Positions 25,401-38,159 are shown, counted from the whole stretch's first letter. The stretch: 63,574 nucleotides of DNA, filler included, from Sphacelaria rigidula (GCA_964200075.2; 6 parts of 6 records of this genome joined end to end with filler, not necessarily neighbours in it); one strand, 5' to 3'. Numbers and translations are program-made. Notes: generated from the sequence alone by a model not told the origin.

Positions 25401-26600
25401 ATGAAGGCCGTCGGCGAAGTATGTGCGGCATTTAATCTCGTCGTGGCGGAAAAGAAGACGATCACCATGCACATGTGCTCCCCGAACATGGAGACGGATA
25501 CGATCGAGGTGGAGGCAGCGGGACAAAGATACAAGTAAGTTGAGTCGTTCCTCTACCTTGGCAGAAAAATCAGCAGCATCGGTGATGTCACTCCCGAGAT
25601 CCACAGCCGCATTGGCAAGGCCTGGACGTGCTTCTACAAGTACAACAAAGCCGTATACGACGACCAGTACATCGCCCTCGCCACCAAGGTTCGTTTCCTG
25701 AAAACTGAAGTGATCGAGGTAATGCTGTACGGCTGCGTGACGTGGACGATCGCACCCGACAATTTCGGCGCGTTACGGGAGGCCCGTCCAGGATTCCTGC
25801 TGACGTGCCTCAACAAGCATACCTCGAGCCGCAGCGCCCCTGATTACCACATGCTGCCATACCACGAGGTCCTCGAACGAACTAGCTACGAGTGCATTGA
25901 GGCCACAGTGATGAAGCGAACCCTCCTACACGCCGACCCAATTGTGCGCATGCACGGTGAACGCCTCCCCAACATCGCCATGCGTGGAGTCATGGTTGGG
26001 AGGAAGACGAGGGCAGGTCGATCAGCAAGGCGCCTACACCACTGTATCACGGACTACTTCTCATACATGGGAATGCACGCGACCATCGTGGGCGCAGGTT
26101 GCCCAAGATGTGTCCGAATGGTCTCGTGTTGTCGAGAAGGGGGCTGACATGTACATGGCCGCCTGGATGAAAGCACGCCACGCTAATGGAATTGTTGTTG
26201 TACCACCACTGGAGCTCCCCCGGTGCCTACCGAGGACCTTTAAGAAGTAACCAGTAGCCCATCGGGTGATACACTCACTGGTACCTGTTTTTTTCTTTTC
26301 TCAGTTGCCCCCAGCCCGGTGGCCTTTCGAATCCCTTTGTGTGATCAATCTTTTATTTTCTTGTATTTTCTTATCTTTCCCTTTCCTGTCGGTGTACTTT
26401 TCTTAGCAGATCTGAAGTTTTTTTCTTTCACCCCGTTGAAGTCGGGGAAGCTACTTCTCATGTTTTTCTTGGCATCTCTCTAACTGTAGATTGCTCTGCT
26501 TTGCATCGCGCTTCCAATTTTTTCTTTTCTTTCCCACTGTTACGATGGAAAAGGGGCATGGTGAGAAATCATGCGCCGTTCTAATCTAGCAACCTAGGGA
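22500..26600 (+). mobile_element. Near full-length, inactivated RTE-clade LINE (single APE-RT ORF); boundaries approximate
   Basis: APE motifs SWNVRT, ALQETR, VGYAPT, MDANARTG, LDYILV, SDHNLV. RT motifs GNYRGISL, QCGFR, MFVVRRLQE, CFIDL..YDS, QGLRQGCVLSP.LFN, LYADE, YLG. Pyrimidine-rich 3' UTR at 26280-26540. Confidence 0.93.
22863..26190 (+). pseudogene. Apurinic endonuclease-reverse transcriptase ORF of the RTE LINE, fragmented
   Basis: Split over ORFs 22863-23984, 24303-24971, 24928-25230, 25182-25538 and 25710-26147. Catalytic YADD reads YADE. A 10-N gap lies at 24044-24053. Confidence 0.9.
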
Positions 26601-27044
26601 GAGAAACAAGTGATACCGATACACTCGCACAGTCCGTAGCCACCTCTCAAGCCATCGTGGGGTGCAAACGGCCTGGTAGCGCAGGAGAAACGCGTCTGCT
26701 ACACACAAGACCAAATATATATATATATATATATATATCTGCACCGGACTGGACTTGGACATAGCTTTTGTCAAAAACGCGACTTGGGCAAGTTGGGCAT
26801 AAGCTATGTTGTCTGGAGGCATGGGAGCACGTAATCATGTGCTGGCGATTGATAGCGGTCGCGTTGCAGACAAGAACGCCAGCAGGTGGTTGCCGCTAGT
26901 ACGTTTTACCCGCATTGTTCCGCGATGCTCTGAAGGTTTAGGCAGTGTGATCAGCATGTATCCATTGTACAGTGTTAAATAAACTCGAAATGTGCTGCGA
27001 TTAGCGCGTCTCATGTGCATTGCATCGACAGCCAACAAAGAGAA

Positions 27045-27845
27045 GAAGCAATAGCAGCAGTATCAGCAGCATCTTTCCTGCCAGAAAATGTACGTGGCTG
27101 GGTGGGTCTGAATCGGCCGGTGCCGATACTGCTGCTGCTGCTGCTGCCGTTTTTTCTCAAGGGAAAGACGGTCCGCGTTTCGATTGTGCTACAACACCCA
27201 CGCACCTTGCGCGTGATAGCCACCGTGCTGGAAGGTGCTAGTCCGTACTACCCGTTGATGAGTCTATGCTTCCCCACTAGGCTAAGTGCTGGGAGGTATA
27301 GCCGTGAACATCTCTCTGTGCGAGCTGTGCACGTCGGGTGTGTCTCGCACGTGTGGCTACTGCTGGTGATGGGAATAAAGTCAGCGTCCAGTACATGGGA
27401 AAACAAGTCATATGTATTCGTACTGAAAATGTTATGGGGGGGGAACAACACGGAAACAGATCAGGGTCAATTTCAAATAGGGGGAGGCAACAGCGCGACA
27501 GGTGCATGGATATTGCCGCACGTCGAAACGCGGACCGCCCCTCGCACTCGAAGCAGCAGCAGCAGCAGCAGCAGCAGCATATTTATTGCCAGTAATTATA
27601 CGCGGCTGGGGGTGGGTCTAAATCAGCCGGTGCCGATGATGCTGCTGCTGCTGCTGCTCTTCATCGGAGACGGCCCACCGGGCGTGGCCCTTAATCTGCA
27701 ACAGATCCGCTTTTCGACCGTGCGACAACACCCACGCACCTTGCGAGTGATAGCCACCGTGCTGAACAGCGCTGGTACGTACTACCCGCCGATGGGTCCA
27801 TGCTTGCTTATTCGGCGAAGTTCTGGGAGATATAGCTGTGCGAAT
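27045..27845. repeat. Diverged direct duplication (about 27045-27310 and 27553-27845), each unit with a (CAG)n...(CTG)n inverted microsatellite
   Basis: Shared GGCTGGG..GGTCT.AATC.GCCGGTGCCGAT and ACAACACCCACGCACCTTGCG.GTGATAGCCACCGTGCTG. Confidence 0.8.
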
Positions 27846-27904
27846 CTACTCTGTACTGTGCTGTGCTATATATACTGTAGGACTCCTGTTTCTTCAAGTA
27901 CAGG

Positions 27905-28110
27905 GATTAAAGTACGTGGGAGGGATCACGTTCTGGGCAGATTTTTGAGAAGTTATGTTTTTTTTTTTTCAAGTTCTGCTTGGTTTTTTAAAAGATTTAA
28001 TTGGTTCTGAAAATATATTTTGAAAAAAACGAGACAGTTTCCTGTCACAGAAATCCAATGCCGAATCTGAAATGACCTGAGACAACAACCAATTTTCATT
28101 TCGAGAATAT
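27905..28110. repeat. Interspersed repeat; inverted homologue at about 39160-39300
   Basis: CTGTCACAGAAATCCAATGCCGAATCTGAAATGACCTGAGACAACAACCAAT matches the reverse complement of about 39165-39216. Confidence 0.75.
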
Positions 28111-30039
28111 TTTTGTTGATTCCGTTTGTTCTTCTGATTAGGCTGGAGTCTCACAAAAAATTATGGAGGACTCTGTCTTGTAAGGAATAGCAGGGACGGT
28201 GTTGGAAAGACGAGCCTGCGTCTGTGAACACGGGTTCGAGAGAACGGACTAATGCGCGGAAATAATGAAAATAATAATGTTCATGCTTTCAAGTTGTACT
28301 CCTTTGGCGGTGGTGCCATGGGTACGGGCCAAATTTCAAAACGCACACACTAATTTCAAGTAATTTAATTCAAATTATTACCACTTCCTGTACATTTCCT
28401 AACGCATTTCATAACGCAAACTTGATTTCAGTATGGACTCCGTCACACTTGTGTTTACCGACCTTCTGCTGCCCGCAGCCGCAGCACAGGACCGTGCTGC
28501 GGAGAGATAGTATCCAGGGCAACAACGGTCTTTGTGCATACGGGTTGGCGTACCAAACGTTCGCTATAAGCGCTGTCGTGTCTGCGGTAAAATTACGGTG
28601 GCCCAACTTGCTCCTCCTTCTGTATCCTCCAGGGCTTCGGATACGGGCGGGGCATGAGATAAGATGGTGCTATCGTCATCGTTGTGCGTTGTTTTACGCT
28701 CCCGGGCGGCCTCACCCCGATAAGAAGACTATATCAGCATCAAATGCTGCTGGCTCCCTTTTGTTGGCCGTCGTGCTTTGTTCTGGATGGCTCGTGTTGA
28801 TCGATGCCGTACAGACAGTACTCACGCGATGTCCACCGCCTGGCCAGGGTTGGCGCATCTTGCGGAAAAGATAGAGTCGGTGCCGCGACAGAAACTATTT
28901 ACAGATGTAACGGCGAAGAGGACCAAGCACTATACACACCAAACATCGGACAGCTAAGGTAAAGATGTCTCCCTCTTGCGTGTGCGACCCCGTGTGCTAG
29001 AGTACCACCCCCTTTCGAAGGTGTACCATAAGGTTGCTTCATGATGACATGGTGCTTGTGAAAATATCGTCGATATACTGTCCTGGGTTGTAGCCAGCTG
29101 GCGGCGGGATAGGTAGCCCAGACCGGGCCTGGACATGAAAAAGCCCAAACAACTCAACCTTGTTGACCTCTCTGCGGTACATGGGACTTGAGTAGCGCAC
29201 GTGTGCCCATCAACACAGAGATCCTGGGTTGAATCCGTTCAAAAATCGTGGAAAACAACAAAAAACTAGCTGATTCGAGTTTAATTATCTCATAACAACC
29301 CGTCCCTATCAACTCGGTGCCGCTCTGCATCTGTTCTATATACAATTTTTAGTTTGTTCCACGGCGGTCCTTTTTCTTTAGCGAGTGTGTCCGTTGCGTT
29401 TACCTCGGAGTACGTCTATCTTGTGTATAATTACTACGGCTGGGTCCCTCGGGGATCAGATGAATGTGCGACAAGCAAATGAATCAAAATACGTATGATC
29501 CGTGCGTGTCTCCAACATGTAACAACATTCAGCGCAACCTTAACGCTGGGGGGTGAGCAGGGGGCGCATTGGAAACCTACGATGAGCACCTGTATTCACT
29601 ATTTGGCACTGACAGTCAAGTCGGGTCAACCCGTTCTTCAAACATTTCTCTCCAAACTCTTGGTCAGAGAACTGCTGTAACTGTCATTTTTTACCGGTAT
29701 CTACAAAGTGCTTGGAAATGTTTTCAGAATATTTTCTTCAAACTCTTGGTTGAAGAACTGCTGTAACTTTGGACCATGGTGCGCATGTTAGTGCACGGAC
29801 AAAGCGGACACACTGCCACACCTCAACACTATTCCAAAAGAAGCAGCTGATCTCGGACTGTGATCTCTGACTGTGTGACCCATCACACATGCTGCTGAAA
29901 AGTATAACACCCAATTAAATACTCATCAGCTCCAAACGTCCATGCTCCCACAAAGAGCTGCAATGAGAAAGAAGAAAGGGAAAGAAAAAAAAAAGTAAAC
30001 GAAGTAACTTCTTGGCTTCGTATTTTAGGCCTTTCTTTC

Positions 30040-30308
30040 CACACGTCGGACAGTCCATGAGCTACTGAATATAACTAATGGAAGAGGTCTCTCAGATCCA
30101 TTGTCCAAGAACACAAAGCGCATGACAGCGAGGTCCGAGAAGTCGAAGCTTCACCTTTGCGCTACTCCCGCGTGCTCGGGATCCAGCACCGCAAGGAACA
30201 AATATGGAAAAAAGGGGCCAAACAAGCTATCATAGCTCACGATCCGGCAAAATACACCAAAATATTCAGAAGTAATATTCAGGTGGCTCATGAGCTGCCC
30301 CACGTGTG
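30040..30308. mobile_element. MITE-like unit bounded by about 33-bp inverted repeats
   Basis: CACACGTCGGACAG.C.ATGAGCTAC.TGAATAT ... ATATTCAGGTGGCTCATGAGCTGCCCCACGTGTG. The same IR occurs at 32205-32461. Confidence 0.65.
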
Positions 30309-30331
30309 TGTGTTTTTTCCCAGCGGAGCTT

Positions 30332-30362
<31 letters not shown>

Positions 30363-30363
30363 C

Positions 30364-30807
30364 ACACGGCATCTCACAAATTGGGAATGGATCTTTTATT
30401 GGGGATGAGAAACCCGGAGAATTAAAATCTTCGTATCCACACCAAATGTTCGGAATATGGTCTCATTTCTTCACCTACTGATAGCTATTGACAACTGCTA
30501 CACGCCATGGAAATTTGGATGTCGATCACCAAAATGTTGGGGTCCTAGGTGAAAAACCAATGTGGAGGAATTTGGGGTGTACGAACGGACGCCAAAATGG
30601 TTCCGAAATTGTGTTTTTTACCTAGGACCCCAACATTTCGGTGATCGACATCCAAATTTCTATGGTGTGTAGCAGTTATCAATAACCATCAGTAGGTGAA
30701 GAAATGGAACCATATTTCGAAGATTTGGTGGGAATACGAAGATTTTAATTTTTAAATGATCCTCATCCCCAATAAAAGATCCATCTCCAATTTGTAAAAT
30801 CCGGTGT
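30364..30807. mobile_element. Foldback MITE of about 440 bp, almost entirely palindromic, inserted in an (ATC)n microsatellite
   Basis: Arms of about 195 bp are reverse-complementary. Same family as 48949-49390. (ATC)n lies on both flanks. Confidence 0.88.
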
Positions 30808-31739
30808 TATCATCATCATCATCATCAGCAGCATCATCAGCAGCATTATCATCATTATCATTATCGTCGTCGTGCAAATCTCAATAGACATCGCCGGGCA
30901 ATCCCCGGCCTCAAATGGTACCAACGATGTTCTCATCAGCACCACCGTGCGCATCTCGAAGCGTTCCCTCCAACCTCACGGTCTGGGTCTTATAACCCTG
31001 TGGAACCGTTGATGGAAAATTGACGATTTACATTCGGCGTTTTTTTCAGGCAAGAAAGGGTTGTTTTTCTGCAGCCTTTGAGCAAACGATTCGCCCACAG
31101 CGTGTTCTTCAGACCCGTGCGAATGGAACGTGGAAGAAAAGGAGGTTCTCTATTTTACGGGTATGACGAATTGTTCGGCCCGTCGGTGTCTTGTAATCTC
31201 CGCCAGAGTGCATGGCTGATCTTTCGTTAAGTAATCTTCACGCCGCACCTGCTGTAGATGGTTCGTGCCGCATCATGGCAAGCCTGCGCCTAAGTTGCAA
31301 TAACAAAGTCGACGCCGACGGCACATTTACCTCAGTTATGCCCCCGTCTACTGTCTAGATTCAGAGACAGTCACCGTCAGGCCCCCTGGGGATGTGTTCA
31401 CCTACTCCTCTGTACTGCGCGTGATCATGATATTTTCAGCTTTTTTCAAGTGTAAAGTCCGTCGTGCACGTTACTGTAGTCCGTCATCCGCGTTTATACG
31501 GCACCACACTGCGCTTTCATCATTCCATAACGGCGACGAGGATGCCATGTACCCCGCCGTTATACATACTCCAAGTGCAGTGTAGGCGGGGGCCGTTACT
31601 CTGGCATATCCGATACAGGCTGTCGCTTCGTGGGCTGTGATCTTACCGCATATCTCATGCTGCGCTTTGTGCTGTAGGTTTCCACGATACCACCTCTATA
31701 CTGCGGGTTGATCATACCTGAACGTTGCAGAGCCCCACT

Positions 31740-31839
31740 NNNNNNNNNNNNNNNNNNNNNNNNNNNNNNNNNNNNNNNNNNNNTTAATTAATTAANNNNN
31801 NNNNNNNNNNNNNNNNNNNNNNNNNNNNNNNNNNNNNNN
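31740..31839. other. Artificial scaffold linker
   Basis: N44-TTAATTAATTAA-N44. Confidence 0.97.
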
Positions 31840-32204
31840 GACACTCGTGCTCGTCCGACGTATGAAAGTCTACTGATTTTTGTAGCAGAGAGCAGGGTGT
31901 ACTATCCTGGTTTGTTTCCAAAAAGGGTACTCTCGCAGACTATTTTTTTTCCGCGGTATACTTGAGCCAAGTACCACGTGTAAAAATAAGAAAACAGTTG
32001 GGCTCGCTGCCCAGACACCTTGTGCATGGGGCTGAGGCGCTGGAGCGTGTTTTCGAGGTGTTCAGCCTGTGTGCAGCGCCGCGCCCCAAACCGAAAATAT
32101 ACTACCCTAGTTCGTTAAAAAAGGCATCGGAGTGTACCCTCTTTTGCATATTGACCACGTTTTTTCCTCCGATGCGTCATTTTTGGACGAGTCTGAAAAA
32201 ACTT

Positions 32205-32461
32205 CACACGTCGGACAGCTCATGAGCTACCTGAATATACCTTCTTATTAGAGTACTGATTCGGATCATGAGCTAGCTCGTCTGGCCACTTTTTCAGTAT
32301 TAGCTCCCGAAAACGCTAGCCTCCGAGCATGCCGAGTACCGCGGAGGTAGCGCTTTGACTTCTCGGACATTGCTGTCATGTAATTTTTGTTTTTGTACAG
32401 CGGATCTGAGAGTTCGCGTGGAATGGTTATTTTAGGTAGCTCATGAGCTGTCCGACGTATG
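32205..32461. mobile_element. MITE-like unit, same IR family as 30040-30308
   Basis: CACACGTCGGACAGCTCATGAGCTACC ... GGTAGCTCATGAGCTGTCCGACGTATG. A further partial IR lies at about 31850-31870. Confidence 0.65.
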
Positions 32462-32819
32462 AAAGTTTGGACTGCTGCGCAGCACTTCGGCGAACTGCCC
32501 TGTGTGTACGCCGTGGCGCTCTCAGGCATTCGAGGATCATCAGGTACCTTGCCGGACCGATATTGTAGGATACCTCCGAGAAAAAAGTGTCGATACGAGT
32601 TGGTCCAGCCTAGACACGGGTTCAACCCTTAGGCAGCGAGCGTCGCCTCGGAACAGTTTCACAGGCTGACAGTCCAGGGACATTTGAGAATTTCCAGGGG
32701 GCGGGGGGGGTGGTTTTTGATAAGGGGGTGGGGGCCTGTACAGCCGAGAAGCTCACCATATCAAGCATGTGTAGTTGGAAGTTTCTCACGGAAAATTACA
32801 AGGTTGGTTGTCTTTTGTA

Positions 32820-33320
32820 TGGTACGGGTACGTTCTGTAGGGTATGAGATTCCTTACAGAACTTATAGAACTGTCGGGTACCGGTATAAAAGTCTTCCAG
32901 AACTTACAGAACTGTCGGGTACCGGTACTAAAGTCTTCCAGAAATTCAAGAACTCGTCGGGTACGGTACGGGAGGCTTACAGACAACCGATACCGGCAAT
33001 CGGGTAACTCTTTTAGGGCATACCTGCCCCTCGGGTTAGGGTAAACATTATGTACAGAACTCACCGAACTGTGGGGTAAAGGGTATGGGAGGCTTATAGA
33101 ACTCACGGGAACTGTCGGGTAGGATATGGAAGTTGCACAAAAAACCGTACCCGCACCCGGGTATCTTATCAAGAGCATACCCGTGCCCCCCGATAACGGT
33201 ACGGGAGGCTTGCAGAACTCACAGAACTATCGGTTACGGGTATGGATGTCTTGCAGAGATTATAGAACTGTCGGGTACCGGTATGGAAATCTTGTAGAGT
33301 TTACAGAACTGTCGGGCAAA
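32820..33320. repeat. Degenerate tandem sub-repeat array with a period of about 36 bp (CAGAACTTACAGAACTGTCGGGTACCGGTA), probable non-autonomous transposon
   Basis: AGAACT...AGAACTGTCGGGTA recurs at least six times. Confidence 0.75.
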
Positions 33321-34354
33321 GGCGCCATCTTTCACACATTTTTTTGTCTATCTAGGTTTTATCTGAGGGCTCCGGCGTCAAAAGGGGGTAGTATCCATTT
33401 TTTGTACACACCACCACACCTCCCACCCCCCAAAAAAGAACAAAGTAGAAATATTGTCCAAGATTGTTATAAAACAACCACAAATTGACACTCAGAAAGC
33501 CAATAACCATAAAACAACTGCGGTGAGTTGTTCCCGCCCAGTGAAGCCTGCTGCCCAAGCGTGAGCTATGCGCGTTGAGAGCTAGGGGAAAAGTATGGGC
33601 GTCGGAGGCTCTGCCGCTTTACTCTGTACTACTGTAACCTACTGTTTATTGTACTGCTTGAACTTTGAGCCTGGAATAACACAATGAGATGTAGGGGGTG
33701 CGTAGAGTACAAATACTGTACCAGTACAGAAGAGATGAGCAGTGAGCAAAACACTTCTTGCCGAGAGTGTGCTGTGCCTATTACGTCGCACATCGTCCCT
33801 GCCTTGCTCCAGCACAGCTCCTGTGTTGCCATGTTTGATGTGTTTCGTAGTGACCTAGTTCTGAACTGGCCTGTATCATAACACCGTTGGAGCAGAGGAT
33901 GTAGCAAGTTACTCTGCGTGCACTGTTCTGTTTACTCCCTGTACTACTGGCGTTCTGCAGCTGTACCGGTGACCCTATTTCCCCGTTTCAATTTACTGGC
34001 CCTTTTGTTGCCAACTGCTAAGCTGCAAAACGAAGGAGTGCTGAATTCAGTGTAGTGCGTGGTCACATCGTGTCTGACTGCCGCAGTCGTGCGGTCGAAT
34101 ACTTTTGTCTTGCGCTGCTTGCATATCAAAAACTTTCTACAGTAAAAAACGAACAATCGTGGATTACGCCGAGGTCTGTGTGAGTTGCGTCGATGGATGC
34201 AGTCGTTGCACCTACTCCTACTAACGAGCTGGTAAAACTTCAAAAGTGTGTACAGGTACTTGGACAAGGTCGCTAAGGAAATCTCATCTGCGGATCTATC
34301 TCGAAATAATATTCCAATTTGTTGCGCGGCCGCGCCCCGAACCAGGACCCTAAC

Positions 34355-36176
34355 ATGACCCCTGAAGTGACAGTGCCGGACACGCCGCCAAAGCGAGTGG
34401 GGAAAATGAAGGCCGCCTCTGACAAACTTCGAGCGTATGGGCTGGCAGGTGATGGCAGCGAAGTTTTCCAGCGGGAGCTTGTCGATGATTGAATGTCGTC
34501 ATCACGAGGATAATGACGATATCTTGTCTGTCTGCCGTATGCTTCCGAATTCGTCTAACTCATTTGACCACGAGTCACCATGTTATGCCATACGTTGGCC
34601 CTGTGAGTTGGTGTGAATATGTGAAAGCCCTCCCCGTAAATAGCCCGGGACGATGAAGGTATTGTAGGGTCATTCCTGCGCTCCATGAGAAAAAAAACGT
34701 TGAAGAATTTCATGCTCTGAAACACCTGCCCGCTTGACTTCTGCGGCATGTGCGTGCATCGCCCGTTTGAGTGCTGACGTGTTTTTTGTTGTCATATGTA
34801 CGATTTGACCGTAGCGCTCACATTATTCCAGCGTGCATCGCTCAATAAACTGTCTCTCCGTGTAGTGCTCATTCCATCGTACGTAGCCCCAGCCCCCGCC
34901 CCCCCCTCCCCCACCGTCACGCGTTGCGTCTCGCGTTGCGCGCCGTCATGATGTCCAACGGAACTCCACCAAACTACTAGGTGTGTTGGCGTACGGAGTG
35001 ATGAACCAACTGTACTATTCCGCGGCGTTTGTCGTGCTTTGGTTGGGGCCGATTGGAGCGGTGGCCGCGACAGCGCCTGCGACGGCTGGGCTCGGTGCTA
35101 CCGTAGCTGCATCGACCAAGCAATTCGGAAAGGTGAGGGCCGAGACGGCATCCGCATCAAGTTCGCTCTGTTGTCCTTGATCTGTGGTACTCGCTGCATC
35201 ATGGCTCGGACGCAGGCATGAGCAGCGAAAATGATAGACGTTGCCAGTCAATAATTTCCCCATCGTCTCTAATGGTATCACGCATGTTTTTGTCGTATCT
35301 TGCTTCGTTTCCCAGGTGGTTGCTCTGGTCTGGGTAGGAAGTCAGGCCACGAAACCCCTGCGCTACCTGCTGGCGCTCCTTTTTGCACCCGCCGCCGAAA
35401 TTTTGCTGACTGCAACGCAGAAGCGCCTCCGCCTCGCGACCCGCCGGCGCGCGTTCTTCCTCCTATGTGGCCTGCTGCTCACATCCACCGCGTCCATATG
35501 CACGACCGCGGTGGCATACGCCGCTGTGCGCACTGCAACATTAAAAACCGTACGCGCTTCCTCTGCCGCAATTGGTAGTCTCTTTCCCTTTCGGTGTGCT
35601 CCTCCAATGCGCTCGAGTGCCTCTTCAAGCAATATTAGAAGCAATGGCGGTACGGGGGAAACGTGTTCGGACGTCACGCACGCGTCATCTCCCCCAGAAA
35701 CGCACGGTCTGTCGCGTTGCGGCCACGGTAGGAAGCGTTTGACGCGGAAAATGACCAAACTTGAGGCTACTGCAGCGGACAATACAGGGTATCCACGCTC
35801 CGAAATGGAGGGACGGTACAGACCGGCAGCGAGCGATACGACAAGGTTAAAGAACAAGGGCGCAAGGGCGAGGGTCGAGAACAAAACGCGGAAAAAACGC
35901 ACACCGCAAAAAGCCGCGGATCGGTACCCACCCCCTCAGGATAATATCCACGGCTGGCAGGAGCACCCGAAGCACCTCCTGGGATTTTGGAAGATCTCCC
36001 CGGCCCAACCGTTGCCGGCCCCGCAAGAAACCTGGGCACCGGAAGCCGTAGCTGCTGCTGCTCCTTCCGTGGCAGCGGCCGCGGTGCTCGCTGCTGCTGC
36101 CTCTGTAACATCTCGAGGTATTTGTTGCAACGACGAACAACGAACTAGAAATGGCTTTTCATGGGTGAGGGTATAG
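34355..36176 (+). CDS. Small multi-pass membrane protein resembling an uncharacterised plant/algal plastid family (Arabidopsis At2g38695-like); exons 34355-34448, 34981-35132, 35316-(36164 or 36176)
   Basis: Phase-consistent GT-AG splicing gives KLRAYGLAGVLAYGVMNQLYYSAAFVVLW...KQFGKVVALVWVGSQATKPLR...ALLFAP...RAFFLLCG. This matches the remembered YGxxGxLxYGxxNxxYY and VWxGSQxTK motifs. True start and 3' end are uncertain. Confidence 0.72.
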
Positions 36177-36642
36177 CTTAAGACTTGTTTTTTACGTTGT
36201 GTTCCTCAGCGAGTTGCATTGGTTCCCCGTGACATCCTGTAAATGTTTCTCGGAGGGAGGGCCGAGGTATAAGTAGTAACGACGGCACTATTTGATGCGA
36301 AGAAGGGACTCTGTACCGCGCTGTTCTGCTGTGGTCAATCAGCAGGTGATGCTTTTTTTCGAAGCCATTCCCTATTGTGAGTTCTTTCCGCTGAGATTGA
36401 TCTTATCAAACATAGAATCGTCCCTGCGTTTCTTCCCTAGATCATAGATGTCACGTACTTGGAACCGCAAACCGTTTTGCAACTGACCACAAAAGTCTTG
36501 CAGCAGATAGTTCTCTCATTCTGGTCTCATCTGAGAGGTCGAGTGAGGTGTGTCACCATCTGAGTGTGATGTTTTTTGCAGTGATCCACAGCGTTCATCT
36601 CCACTTCTTCGCGTTAACGTTGCCGTGCGACCCGTGCGTCAG

Positions 36643-37713
36643 GCGGTGGCAGCAGCCGCGACGAAAGCCAGATGACGTCGCCCAGGAGTCTAAACGTAGA
36701 ACTCTCAGATCAAGAAGTGCGTGCGCTAGAGATCGAAGGGGGGTTTGGCGATCGGGAAACGGCGAAGACAGAAGCGCTAGATCTAGGGTCGGATATTCTG
36801 CATCACCTCGAGTACGTGGTGCTGAAGAAGGATGGGTCTTTCAAGGCTGGCCCCGCGCGGCTGGGCGTTGTCCCGCGCGCGTGGCGATTCGCGCCCGCTA
36901 ATAGGCGCCTCCTGTTCGAAGTGGACGTGCCGGGTCGGGGAGTAGCCCTGCGGTGAGTTTTTTTTCTTGTCATATTTCTCGCCATGGGAGAGAGTTGGTT
37001 GCAAATGCGTTGGGCTGTGCATCATAACCCATGTTTGGTGGCATGAAATCAAAATTTTGGGACCACATGGTTTATTATACGTTCACCGAAGTTGTGTCTA
37101 TTCAAATCTGTTCTGTCAGGGTTGTGGTGGGTTTCACCTTTGATCATCACGCAATCAACCGAGCATGAAGATCGAGAGTGCAACTGCGCTGCACAGTACA
37201 TCATAGTAGGAGAAGGTCGCTCAGCTAGAAGTCATTTTTGTTCTTCAATCTTCCCTTGCAAGACGAAGCCTTCATAGCCAAAATGCAGTGTTTTGGATTG
37301 CCACAGTGGTGGAGTGGGGTGCACCATTATCCAACATATTCGATATTTGTACAAGAGTAATCTTCACCGTTTATCGACATCGAACGTGCATACAACCCAT
37401 CGCAAAGCCAACCTTGAAGATGTGTTACACATGGCACACGTGACAATCCCTCGTGAAAATTTTGTAACATTACTCCCGCCGCCCAATTCGTCCGTTGATT
37501 ACTTACCGGAATTTTGCCAGGTACACCGCGAAATTGACCCGCGTGCCGAGTAAATATACGATTGCTGAAGGGCTGGTAAGAGTAAGGCCGATGTCTGATG
37601 CTACAGGGGAAACGGAGTTGCCGACGTCAAGCCGAAAATGGCCCAAACTTACCGCATTTGACATGGCCATGCAACTCAAGAAGCGGTTCCGGCAACACGA
37701 GTCGGGGGATTAG
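36643..37713 (+). CDS. Last two exons (36643-36952, 37521-37713) of a hypothetical protein gene
   Basis: GTCAG acceptor, CG|GTGAGT donor and GCCAG|G acceptor join in phase: ...LEYVVLKKDGSFKAG...RRLLFEVDVPGRGVALR|YTAKLTRVP...ESGD*. No family recognised. Confidence 0.6.
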
Positions 37714-37824
37714 GAATGTGTTGGGACCCTTCATAGAAAAATACCGAAATAGGGAGATGACGTTTTTATGGGGGAGATCTGCGGTTAGTTTGGTCTGTCA
37801 AACAAGGTCGATTTTGATTCCGTC

Positions 37825-37895
37825 CGCGCGGGTTCCTGCTGAGATGCCTTAAACAAGCATACCTCAACCCGCAGCGCTCCCGACTACCACATGTA
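37825..37895 (+). mobile_element. Tiny fragment of the same RTE LINE family as 22500-26600
   Basis: TTCCTGCTGAGATGCCTTAAACAAGCATACCTCAACCCGCAGCGCTCCCGACTACCACATG matches about 25793-25853. Confidence 0.75.
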
Positions 37896-38159
37896 CTTGT
37901 AAGCAACGAGGCACCTACAACACAGTGCCACAGAATACTGCTCTAACTTCGGGATAGACACGACATTGTGGACGCAGGTCGCCGAAGATATTTCCGAATC
38001 GTTCCAGATGATAGAGAAAGGGGTTGAAATGTACACGACAACCTGGACCACGGCGCGTCATGCTGAGGGGTTGCTCGATGTTTTACCAGTAGAGCCCCCT
38101 CTGTGCCTATCGAGGACCATTTAAAACGTAACGAGTAGGTCGTCGCGTAGCACACTCGC

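Noticed and set aside
27015..28010. 331-aa ORF as a real gene
   Set aside because: It spans a duplicated repeat, microsatellites and a TE end, has no ATG start and shows no recognisable domain.
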